Part shown: one piece after another, positions 18,492-28,042 of the stretch | Position numbering within the stretch: the first letter of the stretch is position 1 | How the letters are laid out: each line of letters starts with the position of its first letter | Assembly (NCBI GenBank): GCA_023898805.1 | Contig: CP060260.1 | Span: 849,656 to 913,655, forward strand | Source: Rhodospirillales bacterium | GTDB lineage: Bacteria > Pseudomonadota > Alphaproteobacteria > Micavibrionales > UBA1664 | Reading direction: 5' to 3' | DNA: 64,000 bases | The notes under the pieces: generated by a model | Seen by the model: the letters and a program-made list of their open reading frames with translations, nothing else | Databases searched by the model: none | Told to the model about the DNA's origin: nothing | Translations under genes and position numbers: made by a program

Positions 18492-19898
18492 ATGATGGGG
18501 CCCATGAGTGACGAACCGCTGAACAAATCGCGCGATAGCCGCGACCTCTCCTGCATTATCCTTGCGGCGGGCAAGGGCACGCGCATGAAATCGGACCGGC
18601 CCAAGGTGATGCACGCGTTGGCGGGCTGGCCGCTGATCCGCCATGTGGTCGCGACATGCGAATCCCTCGGGGCAGGTAAAATCGTAACCGTGATCGCCCC
18701 GCCCGATACAAATCCCGGCATGGACGACGTCGCCGCCTGCGTGGCCCCGCACCCAACCGCGATTCAAAAAGCCCAAATGGGCACCGGCGACGCCGCGCGC
18801 GCAGCCCTGCCCGCACTGAAAGGCGCGAAAGGTCATGTACTGATTCTTCTGGGCGACGTGCCGCTGGTCACGCCGGAAACCCTGCGCGCCCTGTGGACGG
18901 CCGGTCAAAAAACCGGGCTGGCCGTGCTGGCGATGCGTATGCAAAACCCGCCCGCCTATGGCCGCCTGATCCTCGATGCGGACGACTGCGTCACAGCGAT
19001 TGTCGAGGAACGCGACTGCACCCCCGAACAGCGCGCCATCGAACTGGTCAACGCGGGCGCGTTCTGCGTTGCCGCCGATCGGCTTGAATCCTGGCTTGCG
19101 GCGCTTGAAACCGACAACGACCAGGGCGAATACTACCTGACCGACATCGTCGCCATCGCCGCGCGGCAGAGCGTGCGCTGCGCATACGTCACCGGCGCAC
19201 CGGACGAACTGATGGGCATCAATTCCCGCGCGCAACTGGCCGACGCCGAACATGAGATACAGTCCCTGCTCCGCGCCCGCGCGATGGCCGGCGGCGCGAC
19301 CCTGATCGATCCGCTGACGGTCTGGTTCGCGGCGGACACGCGTATCGGCCGCGACGTTACGATCGAACCGGGTGTGTTTTTCGGTCCCGGCGTAAGCATC
19401 GCCGACAATGTGACGATCCACGCTTTCACCCATATCGAAGGCGCGACCATCGGCGCGAACGCGGCGATCGGGCCGTTCGCGCGCATTCGTCCCAAATCCT
19501 CGGTCGGCGAAAAGGCCACGATCGGCAATTTCGTCGAAGTCAACCGCGCCCATGTCAAACCCGGCGCGAAATCCAAGCATGTCAGCTATCTGGGCGATGC
19601 GGTGATCGGCGAAAAGGCCAATATCGGCGCGGGCACGATCATCGCCAATTACGACGGCTTCGACAAACAGGAAACCGTGATCGGCGCGGGCGTGTTCATC
19701 GGTTCGAATTCGACGCTGGTGGCCCCCCTGACGGTCGGCGAGGGCGCATACGTCGCCGCCGGATCTGCGATCACCACCGACGTTCCGGCCCAGGCATTGG
19801 CCGTTGCCCGCGCGCGCAGCGTGGTGCGCGACGGATGGGCCACCGAATACCGCAGCAAAAAGGCGGAAACCCGAAAAGGAAAGAAAACCCATGCGTAA
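18492..19898 (+). CDS. glmU: Bifunctional UDP-GlcNAc pyrophosphorylase / GlcN-1-P acetyltransferase
   Basis: Has LAAGKGTRMKS at the N-terminus and hexapeptide left-handed beta-helix repeats at the C-terminus. Confidence 0.9.
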   Translation: MMGPMSDEPLNKSRDSRDLSCIILAAGKGTRMKSDRPKVMHALAGWPLIRHVVATCESLGAGKIVTVIAPPDTNPGMDDVAACVAPHPTAIQKAQMGTGDAARAALPALKGAKGHVLILLGDVPLVTPETLRALWTAGQKTGLAVLAMRMQNPPAYGRLILDADDCVTAIVEERDCTPEQRAIELVNAGAFCVAADRLESWLAALETDNDQGEYYLTDIVAIAARQSVRCAYVTGAPDELMGINSRAQLADAEHEIQSLLRARAMAGGATLIDPLTVWFAADTRIGRDVTIEPGVFFGPGVSIADNVTIHAFTHIEGATIGANAAIGPFARIRPKSSVGEKATIGNFVEVNRAHVKPGAKSKHVSYLGDAVIGEKANIGAGTIIANYDGFDKQETVIGAGVFIGSNSTLVAPLTVGEGAYVAAGSAITTDVPAQALAVARARSVVRDGWATEYRSKKAETRKGKKTHA

Positions 19899-20265
19899 AT
19901 CACTCTTCAAAACGACCCGAAAGGTCATGCTGGCCTTGCTGCTGACCTTCGGCCTCGCCGCCCCGGCACTGGCCTGCGAATGCGCGGTGGGAATGCCCGA
20001 CCCGGTCACGACCAACCACGCCTATTCGCTGGCCGACGTCACGGTGCGCGGCATGAGCATGGCCAATCACCAAAGCGCGCTGGCGATCGACACGGTGCGC
20101 CGTGGCTTTTTGACCGCGCAATACATCCGCGCGAAATTTTCGACCGGCGATTGCGGCGTCGTTCCGCAGTATCAGCGCAAGATGACCGTGCTGCTCAAGG
20201 CCGAGGACGACGGTTCCTACAGCATTGCGGGCCAGTGCGAAACCCGCGCCGCGCTCGCGCACTGA
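19891..20265 (+). CDS. Small exported protein whose predicted mature N-terminus is Cys-x-Cys (TIMP/NTR-like?)
   Basis: ATG 19891 overlaps the glmU stop (ATGCGTAA). The signal peptide ends ...LAAPALA|CECAVGMPDPVTTNHAYSLADVTVRG. Later Cys residues are available for disulfides. Confidence 0.55.
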   Translation: MRKSLFKTTRKVMLALLLTFGLAAPALACECAVGMPDPVTTNHAYSLADVTVRGMSMANHQSALAIDTVRRGFLTAQYIRAKFSTGDCGVVPQYQRKMTVLLKAEDDGSYSIAGQCETRAALAH

Positions 20266-20287
20266 TCATCGGGAAGGCAGGCTTTTC

Positions 20288-22114
20288 ATGTGTGGCATTG
20301 TTGGCATCCTTGGCGAAAAACAGGTAACTCCGCTTTTGGTCGAGGGTCTGCGCCGCCTCGAATATCGGGGTTACGACTCGGCGGGCATCGCGACGCTGAC
20401 CGACGGGCATATCGAACGCCGCCGCGCCGAAGGCAAACTTTCCAACCTTGAAACCCTGCTCGCGGCGGAACCGCTGGCCGGAATCGTGGGGATCGGCCAT
20501 ACGCGCTGGGCCACCCATGGCGGACCGTCCACTCGCAACGCCCACCCGCACGCGACCGACAAGGTCGCGGTGGTCCACAACGGCATCATCGAAAACTACC
20601 GCGAACTCAAGGCCGAACTGGAATCGCACCAGATCCGTTTTGAAACCGACACGGATACCGAGGTCGTGGCGCAACTGATCACCCATTACATGAATCAGGG
20701 TATGAGCGCGCAGGACGCGACGGACAAAGCGCTCGACCGGCTCGAAGGCGCTTATGCTCTCGCCATGATTTTTGCCGGCGAGCATGACCTGATGATCGGC
20801 GCGCGTCAGGGCACGCCATTGGCCGTCGGCTTCGGCGATGGCGAAATGTTCCTCGCTTCCGATTCCTACGCCTTGGCGCCGCTGACCAACCGCATCTGCT
20901 TTTTGGAAGACGGCGACCGCGTGATCATCACCCGTGCAGGCGCGCGCGTCTATGACCGTACGCGTGCGGACGTACGCCGCCAGATCCGTGTCACGGCCCA
21001 GTCCGGCGCGGCCACGGGCAAGGGTGATTACAAGCATTTCATGCTCAAGGAAATCTATGAGCAGCCGACTGTGATCGGCGACACGCTCAACTCCTTCATC
21101 AATCCGTCGACCGGCACGGTGGCGATGCCCGCGGGCGTGCTCGATATGGCTGACGCACCGCGCATCACCATGCTGGCCTGCGGCACGGCGTTTTATGCCT
21201 GCATGGTTGCCAAGTACTGGTTCGAGCAGATTGCCCGCATCCCGGTCGAAATCGACATCGCCTCGGAATTCCGTTACCGCGAGGCGCCGATGCCCAAGGG
21301 CGGCGGCGTGATCGTCGTCAGCCAGTCTGGCGAAACTCTCGATACGCTCGAAGCCATGCGCTATTGCCGCCGTCAGGGGCAAAAGGTGCTGTCCATCGTC
21401 AACACCATCGAAAGCACGATCGAACGCGAATCCGACACCGTGCTGCATACGCTGGCGGGACCTGAAATCGGCGTCGCCTCGACCAAGGCCTTCACCACCC
21501 AGTTGACCACGCTGGCCTGCATCGCGCTGGCCATCGCGGTCAAACGCGGCGCCATCGACCACGAACGTGAACGCGATTTGACCCGTGCTTTGCGCCATAT
21601 CCCGGCCTTGTGCGCGCGCATTCTCAACGCCGACGAGGCGATCGAAAAAGTCGCCAAGGATATCGCACTGGCCCGCGACGTGTTGTATCTGGGCCGGGGC
21701 GCGCTATACCCGCTGGCGCTTGAAGGCGCCCTCAAGCTCAAGGAAATCTCATATATCCACGCCGAAGGTTACGCTGCAGGTGAAATGAAGCACGGGCCGA
21801 TCGCGCTGATCGACGAACATGTGCCCGTGGTGGTGCTGGCGCCCTCCAACGACAACCTGTTTGAAAAGACCGCCTCGAACGTACAGGAAACTGTCGCGCG
21901 CGGTGGACAGGTCATGATGGTCAGCGATCGCGCGGGCATGGAAAAAATGTCCGGCGCCGTGCGCTGGCCGGTCGAGATGGAGGAGGTCCACCCCTTCACC
22001 GCCCCGGTTCTTTACGCGATCCCTGTGCAACTGCTGGCCTATCACGTGGCCATCGCCAAGGGCACGGACGTCGACCAACCGCGCAATCTGGCAAAATCCG
22101 TCACCGTTGAATAA
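20288..22114 (+). CDS. glmS: Glutamine--fructose-6-phosphate aminotransferase
   Basis: The start was moved to the MCGIVGILG N-terminal nucleophile. Two SIS domains follow and the C-terminus is KSVTVE. Confidence 0.95.
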   Translation: MCGIVGILGEKQVTPLLVEGLRRLEYRGYDSAGIATLTDGHIERRRAEGKLSNLETLLAAEPLAGIVGIGHTRWATHGGPSTRNAHPHATDKVAVVHNGIIENYRELKAELESHQIRFETDTDTEVVAQLITHYMNQGMSAQDATDKALDRLEGAYALAMIFAGEHDLMIGARQGTPLAVGFGDGEMFLASDSYALAPLTNRICFLEDGDRVIITRAGARVYDRTRADVRRQIRVTAQSGAATGKGDYKHFMLKEIYEQPTVIGDTLNSFINPSTGTVAMPAGVLDMADAPRITMLACGTAFYACMVAKYWFEQIARIPVEIDIASEFRYREAPMPKGGGVIVVSQSGETLDTLEAMRYCRRQGQKVLSIVNTIESTIERESDTVLHTLAGPEIGVASTKAFTTQLTTLACIALAIAVKRGAIDHERERDLTRALRHIPALCARILNADEAIEKVAKDIALARDVLYLGRGALYPLALEGALKLKEISYIHAEGYAAGEMKHGPIALIDEHVPVVVLAPSNDNLFEKTASNVQETVARGGQVMMVSDRAGMEKMSGAVRWPVEMEEVHPFTAPVLYAIPVQLLAYHVAIAKGTDVDQPRNLAKSVTVE

Positions 22115-22129
22115 AGAAAGACGCAGACT

Positions 22130-22426
22130 ATGGCTACGATCATCCCCATTCGTCATGTCGAAAGCGGCCTCGTCCGCGACGGACTTTACGGCTACAGCTG
22201 GACCTACCTGTTTTTCGGCTGGTTCGTGCCGTTGTTTCGCGGTGAATTGATGGTCGCGGCGTTGCACGCGCTTTTCACATTCCTCACCGTGGGCGTGTGG
22301 CAGGTGATCGCCAGCTTCATCTATAATCGTCAGTACATGACCCGCATGCTGACCCAGGGCTGGGTTCTGGCAGGAACCGAGGAGCAGAACGCGAAAGCCC
22401 GTGCGGCCCTTGGAATCGCTACCTGA
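22130..22426 (+). CDS. Small hypothetical membrane protein
   Basis: 98 aa with two hydrophobic segments (WTYLFFGWFVPLF, ALHALFTFLTVGVWQVIASFIY). Confidence 0.5.
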   Translation: MATIIPIRHVESGLVRDGLYGYSWTYLFFGWFVPLFRGELMVAALHALFTFLTVGVWQVIASFIYNRQYMTRMLTQGWVLAGTEEQNAKARAALGIAT

Positions 22427-22560
22427 CGTGCAAACACATACACCGGCACGTACACATACGCGCAATATTATTTCATTCCCGCAATAAGTTTATTGTTGAA
22501 ATTTTTCCCTAACTTTGGGAAAAATAAAGCACACAAAAAAACAATCAGGGATGGGATTTC

Positions 22561-23103
22561 ATGGTGGGAGCGCGCAGAACGCCGCCCGCGGTGTCCGCAC
22601 CGCCGCAAGACGGTCCCCAAGGCGGAACAAGAAACGGACTGGAAAGCCCGGTAAAAACGACGGATATCGACACGGATATGCCGTGGCCGCCTCCGGGCTG
22701 GCCGATGTTTTCCTGCATTGTCCATGACGGCGGCAAGGCCTACTACCCCGCACGCCCCGGGGCACCCGCGCCCGAAAACGATTTCCTGTGCTATCAGGTC
22801 GAAACCCGCGCCCCGGACCAGTATACGATTGAAATCATGGCCGGATCGGTGGGCACGCATGGCCTGCGGCTCAATCCAGTCATCGGCATCCGCCTGTCGG
22901 CCCGCCCCGATGGCGCCGAATGGTTCGACGACACCGCAGGCGACGCAATCATCGACATGCACGTGCGCGGCCAGCGCCTGATCCCGGAACGCGCCGCGAT
23001 CCTGCGCGTCATTCTGGCCACGACGTTCCTGATCAGCCGCATCGACCGCGGCATCGCCCCGAATCTGCGCCGTATCCTGCGCCTGTACCGCTTGGAAAAA
23101 TAA
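22561..23103 (+). CDS. Hypothetical protein
   Basis: Third-position GC is high in this frame. The antisense ORF 22468-22962 is Arg/Gly-rich shadow. The start may be ATG 22678 (MPWPPPGW). Confidence 0.5.
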   Translation: MVGARRTPPAVSAPPQDGPQGGTRNGLESPVKTTDIDTDMPWPPPGWPMFSCIVHDGGKAYYPARPGAPAPENDFLCYQVETRAPDQYTIEIMAGSVGTHGLRLNPVIGIRLSARPDGAEWFDDTAGDAIIDMHVRGQRLIPERAAILRVILATTFLISRIDRGIAPNLRRILRLYRLEK

Positions 23104-23129
23104 AAATCCCCGGCAAATCGGCCGGGGAT
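23101..23129 (-). terminator. Rho-independent terminator after the FYDLN-acid gene
   Basis: atccccggc-aaatcg-gccggggat forms a 9-bp stem, with a U-run on the minus strand (plus-strand taaaaa). Confidence 0.65.
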
Positions 23130-23159
23130 CGTGAAAATGCCGCTTAAAAAACGCAGGCC

Positions 23160-23564
23160 TTAATCCTTGTCGTCCACGTCGATGTCTTCGTCGATGTCTT
23201 CAAGATCCTCGTCGTCGTCATCGCCGGCATCACCGTCTTCAAGATCGTCGAGATCCAGATCACCTGCATCCTCGCCGTCTTCCTCGTCGCCGCCCTTGTT
23301 CTCGTCTTCCTCGACCTCGTCCAGGCTGACCGTGGTGCGGTGCTCGTCATCCTCCTCGACGGTGTCGGCGACATCGTCCTCCTGCTCCTGCGCGGCGCGG
23401 GCCTTGGCCTCGTCGATGACGTTGCGGCCGCGCCTTGTGCGGATCTTGACGATCCCCGTGAACTCGGCCCCGCATTTGGGACAAATGATGGGCGTCTTGT
23501 TGAAATCGTAAAAACGCGTGGCGCAACTCGCGCAGCTGCGTTTCAAACCTCTGATATCGGGCAC
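23160..23564 (-). CDS. FYDLN-acid family zinc-ribbon protein (TIGR02300-like)
   Basis: CASCATRFYDFNKTPIICPKCGAEF is followed by a long D/E-rich tail. The start was set to GTG 23564, which has GGAGGAG upstream. Confidence 0.75.
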   Translation of the reverse strand: MPDIRGLKRSCASCATRFYDFNKTPIICPKCGAEFTGIVKIRTRRGRNVIDEAKARAAQEQEDDVADTVEEDDEHRTTVSLDEVEEDENKGGDEEDGEDAGDLDLDDLEDGDAGDDDDEDLEDIDEDIDVDDKD

Positions 23565-23734
23565 GGCAAACTCCTCCGTCTGGTCGCTGTATGGGCGTGT
23601 CGTCCATTGCCATGGAAAAAGGGGGCCTGTCAATGCATGCCTCAACGCACGCGGCGACACACCTGTCTTTGCGCCTTTTCCCGGCGGCACGAATGCGGTA
23701 CCGTTACAAACGTCACTATCTTAGGGAAACATGC

Positions 23735-24874
23735 ATGACCTCCCCCGCTTTGCGCAAGGCCGTGATCTGCGGCTACAAACGCTCCCCCTTTACCTTTGCG
23801 TCCAAGGGCGCCTTGGCCCGTACCCGGCCTGACGACATGGCCGCCGCGGTTATCCGCGCGCTGGTCGCCGAAACCGGCATCGACCCCGCCGTGATTGAGG
23901 ACCTGATTTTGGGCAACGCCTTCCCGGAAGGCGAACAGGGTTTCAATCTGGGCCGCATCGTCGCGGTGGCGGCGGGTCTGCCGGTTTCGGTAGGCGGCAT
24001 CACGGTCAACCGCTGGTGCGGCTCGTCCATGTCGGCGATCCACTACGCCGCGGCGCAGATCGCCGCCGGACAGGGCGACGTCTTTGTCTGCGGCGGGGTC
24101 GAATCGATGACCCGCGTGCCGATGGGCGGCTTCAACCCGATGCCCAACCCGGCACTGAAGGACACCTACCCGCAAATCTATATGGGCATGGGTGAAACCG
24201 CGGAAAACCTTGCGAAAAAATACGGTATTCCCCGCGCGGAACAGGAGAAATTCGCGCTTTCAAGCCAGAAAAAGGCCGCCGCCGCTCGTGAATCCGGCAA
24301 ATTCCGCGATGAAATCGTACCCATCGCTGGGGTGGCGGAAGACGGCTGCATCCGCCCCGACACCACGCTTGAGGCGCTGGCCGGCCTTAAACCTGCCTTC
24401 GACGAAAAGGGCAGCGTCACCGCCGGGACCGCCTCTCCCCTGACCGACGGCGCCGCCGCCGTGCTGGTCGCCTCCGAGGATTACGCCAAGGCGCATAAGC
24501 TGCCCGTACTGGCCCGCATTCTGGCCTTCGCATCCACCGGGTGCGATGCCGAAATCATGGGCATCGGCCCGGTCCCGGCGACACAAAAGGCCCTTAAGCG
24601 CGCGGGCCTGACGATGAAGGACATCGACATCGTCGAACTGAACGAGGCCTTTGCCGCGCAAAGCCTGCCGGTCATCCGCGACCTTGGCATCGACGAAGGC
24701 AAACTCAACCTCGATGGCGGCGCGATCGCGCTCGGCCACCCGCTTGGCGCTTCCGGCGCGCGCATCACCGGAAAACTCGCAAGCCTTTTGCGGCGCGAGA
24801 AGAAGAAAATCGGCCTGGCCACCGCCTGCATCGGCGGCGGTCAGGGCGTCGCCACGATTATCGAGGCGGCATGA
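23735..24874 (+). CDS. fadA: Acetyl-CoA C-acyltransferase (3-ketoacyl-CoA thiolase)
   Basis: Has the active-site Cys region NRWCGSSM and the C-terminal thiolase motifs GHPLGASGAR and ACIGGGQG. Confidence 0.9.
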   Translation: MTSPALRKAVICGYKRSPFTFASKGALARTRPDDMAAAVIRALVAETGIDPAVIEDLILGNAFPEGEQGFNLGRIVAVAAGLPVSVGGITVNRWCGSSMSAIHYAAAQIAAGQGDVFVCGGVESMTRVPMGGFNPMPNPALKDTYPQIYMGMGETAENLAKKYGIPRAEQEKFALSSQKKAAAARESGKFRDEIVPIAGVAEDGCIRPDTTLEALAGLKPAFDEKGSVTAGTASPLTDGAAAVLVASEDYAKAHKLPVLARILAFASTGCDAEIMGIGPVPATQKALKRAGLTMKDIDIVELNEAFAAQSLPVIRDLGIDEGKLNLDGGAIALGHPLGASGARITGKLASLLRREKKKIGLATACIGGGQGVATIIEAA

Positions 24875-25626
24875 AATTCCGCCGCAAGGTCACCATCCGC
24901 CCGCTGGGACCGGCCGACGCCGCGAATTTCCTGCGCGTGCACCACGCCGCCGTGCACGCGACGGCCAGCCATGACTACCCACCCGAAGTGCTGGATGCAT
25001 GGTCCGGCCCGATCAGCGACGCGCGCATCGCGCGCTATAACAGCAGCGCGGACGAGGAAATCCGCATCGGCGCCTTCGACGGCACGACTTTGGCCGGCCT
25101 TGGCTGCATCGCCCCGCTGCAGGGCGAACTGCGCGCATGCTACGTCCACCCTGATTACGGGCGCATGGGCGTGGGCCGCAAACTGGTCGATGCACTGGAA
25201 CAGATCGCGACCGGCATGGGGCTGAACACCCTGACCCTCGATTCCAGCATCACCGCAGAACATTTTTATACCCAGCTTGGCTATGCCGTCGTTTCGCGCG
25301 GCTCGCACCGGCTGGAGGACGGCAGCTACATCGCCAGCATCAAGATGCAGAAATCGCTGACCTCGCTTGATGAAATGGACGCCATGCGCAAGAAAAACGC
25401 CCAGGCGAAAAAGGAACAGGCATGGGAAAGCTCGTGGGTGCGCCATTTCGCGATTGCGGCCCTGATCGTGCTGGTGCTGACCATCTACCTACCGACCCTA
25501 AGGGTCAATCATGTCTTCTGGCATGCGGTCATCCCGGCGGGCGGCTATCTGCTTTCCGTGATCGCCATGCGCGAACTCAAAGAAAAATGGCTTAAAAACC
25601 TTCCCAGGGATTCGAAAAGAAAATGA
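24871..25626 (+). CDS. GNAT N-acetyltransferase fused to a C-terminal two-TM segment
   Basis: Has the GNAT motif A (YVHPDYGRMGVGRKLVDAL) followed by the hydrophobic segments FAIAALIVLVLTIYL and AVIPAGGYLLSVIAM. ATGA overlaps occur at both ends. Confidence 0.75.
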   Translation: MKFRRKVTIRPLGPADAANFLRVHHAAVHATASHDYPPEVLDAWSGPISDARIARYNSSADEEIRIGAFDGTTLAGLGCIAPLQGELRACYVHPDYGRMGVGRKLVDALEQIATGMGLNTLTLDSSITAEHFYTQLGYAVVSRGSHRLEDGSYIASIKMQKSLTSLDEMDAMRKKNAQAKKEQAWESSWVRHFAIAALIVLVLTIYLPTLRVNHVFWHAVIPAGGYLLSVIAMRELKEKWLKNLPRDSKRK

Positions 25627-27983
25627 CCAGCATCGACAAGGTCGCCGTTATCGGTTCCGGCGTCATGGGATCGGGCATCGCCGCCCAGATCGCGAACGCG
25701 GGCGTCGAGGTGCTGCTGCTCGACATTGTCCCGAAAGACGCGGGCGCGCATGACCGTTCAAGGTTCGCGCAAGGCGCAATCGAAAAAATGCTCAAGGCCG
25801 ATCCCGCGCCGCTGATGCATCCGCGCAACGTGAAACTGATCACGCCCGGAAATCTGGAAGACGACATCGAAAAAATCGCCCAGTGCGACTGGATCGTCGA
25901 AGTGGTGCTGGAGGATCTGGCGGTCAAACACGCGACCTATGAAAAAATCGAAAAACACCGCCGCAAGGGATCGATCGTTTCCTCCAACACCTCGACCATT
26001 CCGCTTGCCAAGCTGGTCGAAGGCCAACCCGAATCCTTCGCCGCCGACTTCCTGATCACGCACTTTTTCAATCCCGTGCGCTATATGCGCCTGCTTGAAA
26101 TCGTGATCGGACCCAAGACGCGGCCCGACGCGGTCGCGGCCTTGCGCGAATTCTGCGACATCCGCCTTGGCAAGGGTGTGGTGGAATGCAAGGACACCCC
26201 CGGCTTTATCGTCAACCGCATCCTGACCTTCTGGATGCAGGCGGGCGTCAACGCCGCGATCGACCGCAACGTGCCCATCGAGGTGGTGGACGCCATCATG
26301 GGCAAACCCATCGGCGTGCCCAAGACCGGCATTTTCGGCCTGATCGATCTGGTCGGCGTGGATTTGATGCCGCATCTTGCGAAATCCCTGCTCTCCACCC
26401 TGCCCGATGGCGACGAATACCGCAAAATCTACCGCGACATTCCGCTGGTGCGTGAAATGATCGCGGGCGGCTACACCGGCCGCAAGGGCAAGGGCGGTTT
26501 TTACCGCCTTGACGAAAAGCGCAACAAACTGGCCATCCGGCTCGACGCGTCGCCATTCGACCCTGAAAAATCCTACCGCCCCGCCGACAGGCCGAAACTG
26601 GAATCCGCCGATGCGGGCAAGGGCGGCCTGCGCGCCGTGGTCCAGCACCCCGATATCGGCGGCGTTTACGCCTGGGACGTGCTTTCGCAAACGCTCGCCT
26701 ATGCTGCGGGCCTCGTACCCCAGATCGCGGACAGCGTCGCCGCGGTGGACGAGGCGATGCGCCTTGGCACCAACTGGAAATTCGGCCCGTTTGAAATGAT
26801 CGACGCGCTCGGCCCAAAATGGTTCGCCGACAGGCTGAAATCCGAAGGCCGTCCGGTGCCGCCCCTGCTGGAAAAAATCGGCGACAATTCTTTTTACAAA
26901 ACCGAAGGCGGCCAGCTGCAATATTTCGGCGTCGACGGCAAATATCGCAAACTGGAACGTGCGCAGGGCGTACTGCTTCTGGCCGACTTCAAGCGCGCGG
27001 GCAAACCGCTGTTCAAAAACGCGTCGGCCGCGCTTTGGGACGTGGGCGAAGGCGTGGTGTGCCTTGAATTCACCTCGAAAATGAATGCGATCGACGACCA
27101 GATCCATGCCGCGATCCATACCGCCTGCGACCTGATCGAAGGATCGGATGGCGCGTACAAGGCGTTGGTCGTCTATAATGAAGGTTCCGCCTTCTCGGCG
27201 GGGGCCAATCTGGGCCTCGCGCTGTTCGCGATCAACGTCGCTCTCTGGCCGCAGATCGAGGAACTGGTCGGCGGCGGACAGGAAGCGTACAAACGCTTGA
27301 AATACGCGCCCTTCCCGGTCGTGGCCGCGCCCTCCGGCCTTGCCCTTGGCGGCGGCTGCGAAATCCTGCTGGCATCCGACCACGTACAGGCGCACGCCGA
27401 ACTTTATTGTGGTCTGGTCGAAGTCGGCGTCGGCCTGATTCCCGGTTGGGGTGGCTGCAAGGAAATGCTCCAAAGATATTACCGGCGCAGCCTCAAACCC
27501 GGCGCCGCCAAGGGGCCGATCCCGCACGTCAAACAGGCCTTTGAAACCATTGGCCTCGCCCGCATCGCCAAATCGGCCGATGACGCGCGCGACGTCGGTT
27601 ACCTGAAAGATACCGACGCGATCACCATGAACCGCGACCGCCTGTTGTTCGATGCCCGCGCCAAAGCCGCCGAACTGGCGCGGGATTACGCCGCGCCCCA
27701 GCCCATGGCGGTGCCCCTGCCGGGCCCGTCGGGGAAATTCGCGCTCGACCTCGCGCTTTCCGACCTGCGCAAATCGGGCAAGGCCACGCCCTACGACATG
27801 GTCGTCAGCGATGCGCTGGCCACGGTGCTGACGGGCGGCCCCGACGCCGACCCGACCAAACCGGTGGAGGAAGACGCGCTGCTGCGCCTTGAATACGAGA
27901 ATTTCATGCAGCTTGTGCGCAAGGACGGCACCCTCGCCCGCATCGAGCACATGCTCGACAAGGGCAAGCCCCTGCGCAACTAG
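25623..27983 (+). CDS. Fused 3-hydroxyacyl-CoA dehydrogenase / enoyl-CoA hydratase (dehydrogenase domain N-terminal)
   Basis: Has VAVIGSGVMGSGIA Rossmann and 3HCDH motifs N-terminally. The C-terminal half is crotonase-like (FSAGANL, GGGCEILLA). Confidence 0.9.
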   Translation: MTSIDKVAVIGSGVMGSGIAAQIANAGVEVLLLDIVPKDAGAHDRSRFAQGAIEKMLKADPAPLMHPRNVKLITPGNLEDDIEKIAQCDWIVEVVLEDLAVKHATYEKIEKHRRKGSIVSSNTSTIPLAKLVEGQPESFAADFLITHFFNPVRYMRLLEIVIGPKTRPDAVAALREFCDIRLGKGVVECKDTPGFIVNRILTFWMQAGVNAAIDRNVPIEVVDAIMGKPIGVPKTGIFGLIDLVGVDLMPHLAKSLLSTLPDGDEYRKIYRDIPLVREMIAGGYTGRKGKGGFYRLDEKRNKLAIRLDASPFDPEKSYRPADRPKLESADAGKGGLRAVVQHPDIGGVYAWDVLSQTLAYAAGLVPQIADSVAAVDEAMRLGTNWKFGPFEMIDALGPKWFADRLKSEGRPVPPLLEKIGDNSFYKTEGGQLQYFGVDGKYRKLERAQGVLLLADFKRAGKPLFKNASAALWDVGEGVVCLEFTSKMNAIDDQIHAAIHTACDLIEGSDGAYKALVVYNEGSAFSAGANLGLALFAINVALWPQIEELVGGGQEAYKRLKYAPFPVVAAPSGLALGGGCEILLASDHVQAHAELYCGLVEVGVGLIPGWGGCKEMLQRYYRRSLKPGAAKGPIPHVKQAFETIGLARIAKSADDARDVGYLKDTDAITMNRDRLLFDARAKAAELARDYAAPQPMAVPLPGPSGKFALDLALSDLRKSGKATPYDMVVSDALATVLTGGPDADPTKPVEEDALLRLEYENFMQLVRKDGTLARIEHMLDKGKPLRN

Positions 27984-28042
27984 GTAACAGTAAATTGGGT
28001 CGCCGGGGTTGAATTCAAGACACGGCATGCCAATATGGGACC

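Noticed and set aside
17697-20015. 772-aa minus-strand ORF spanning the DUF3108-like gene and glmU
   Set aside because: It is antisense to GlmU, which is clearly recognisable. The translation is Arg/Gly/Ala/His-rich low complexity with no motif. This is a typical high-GC shadow ORF.
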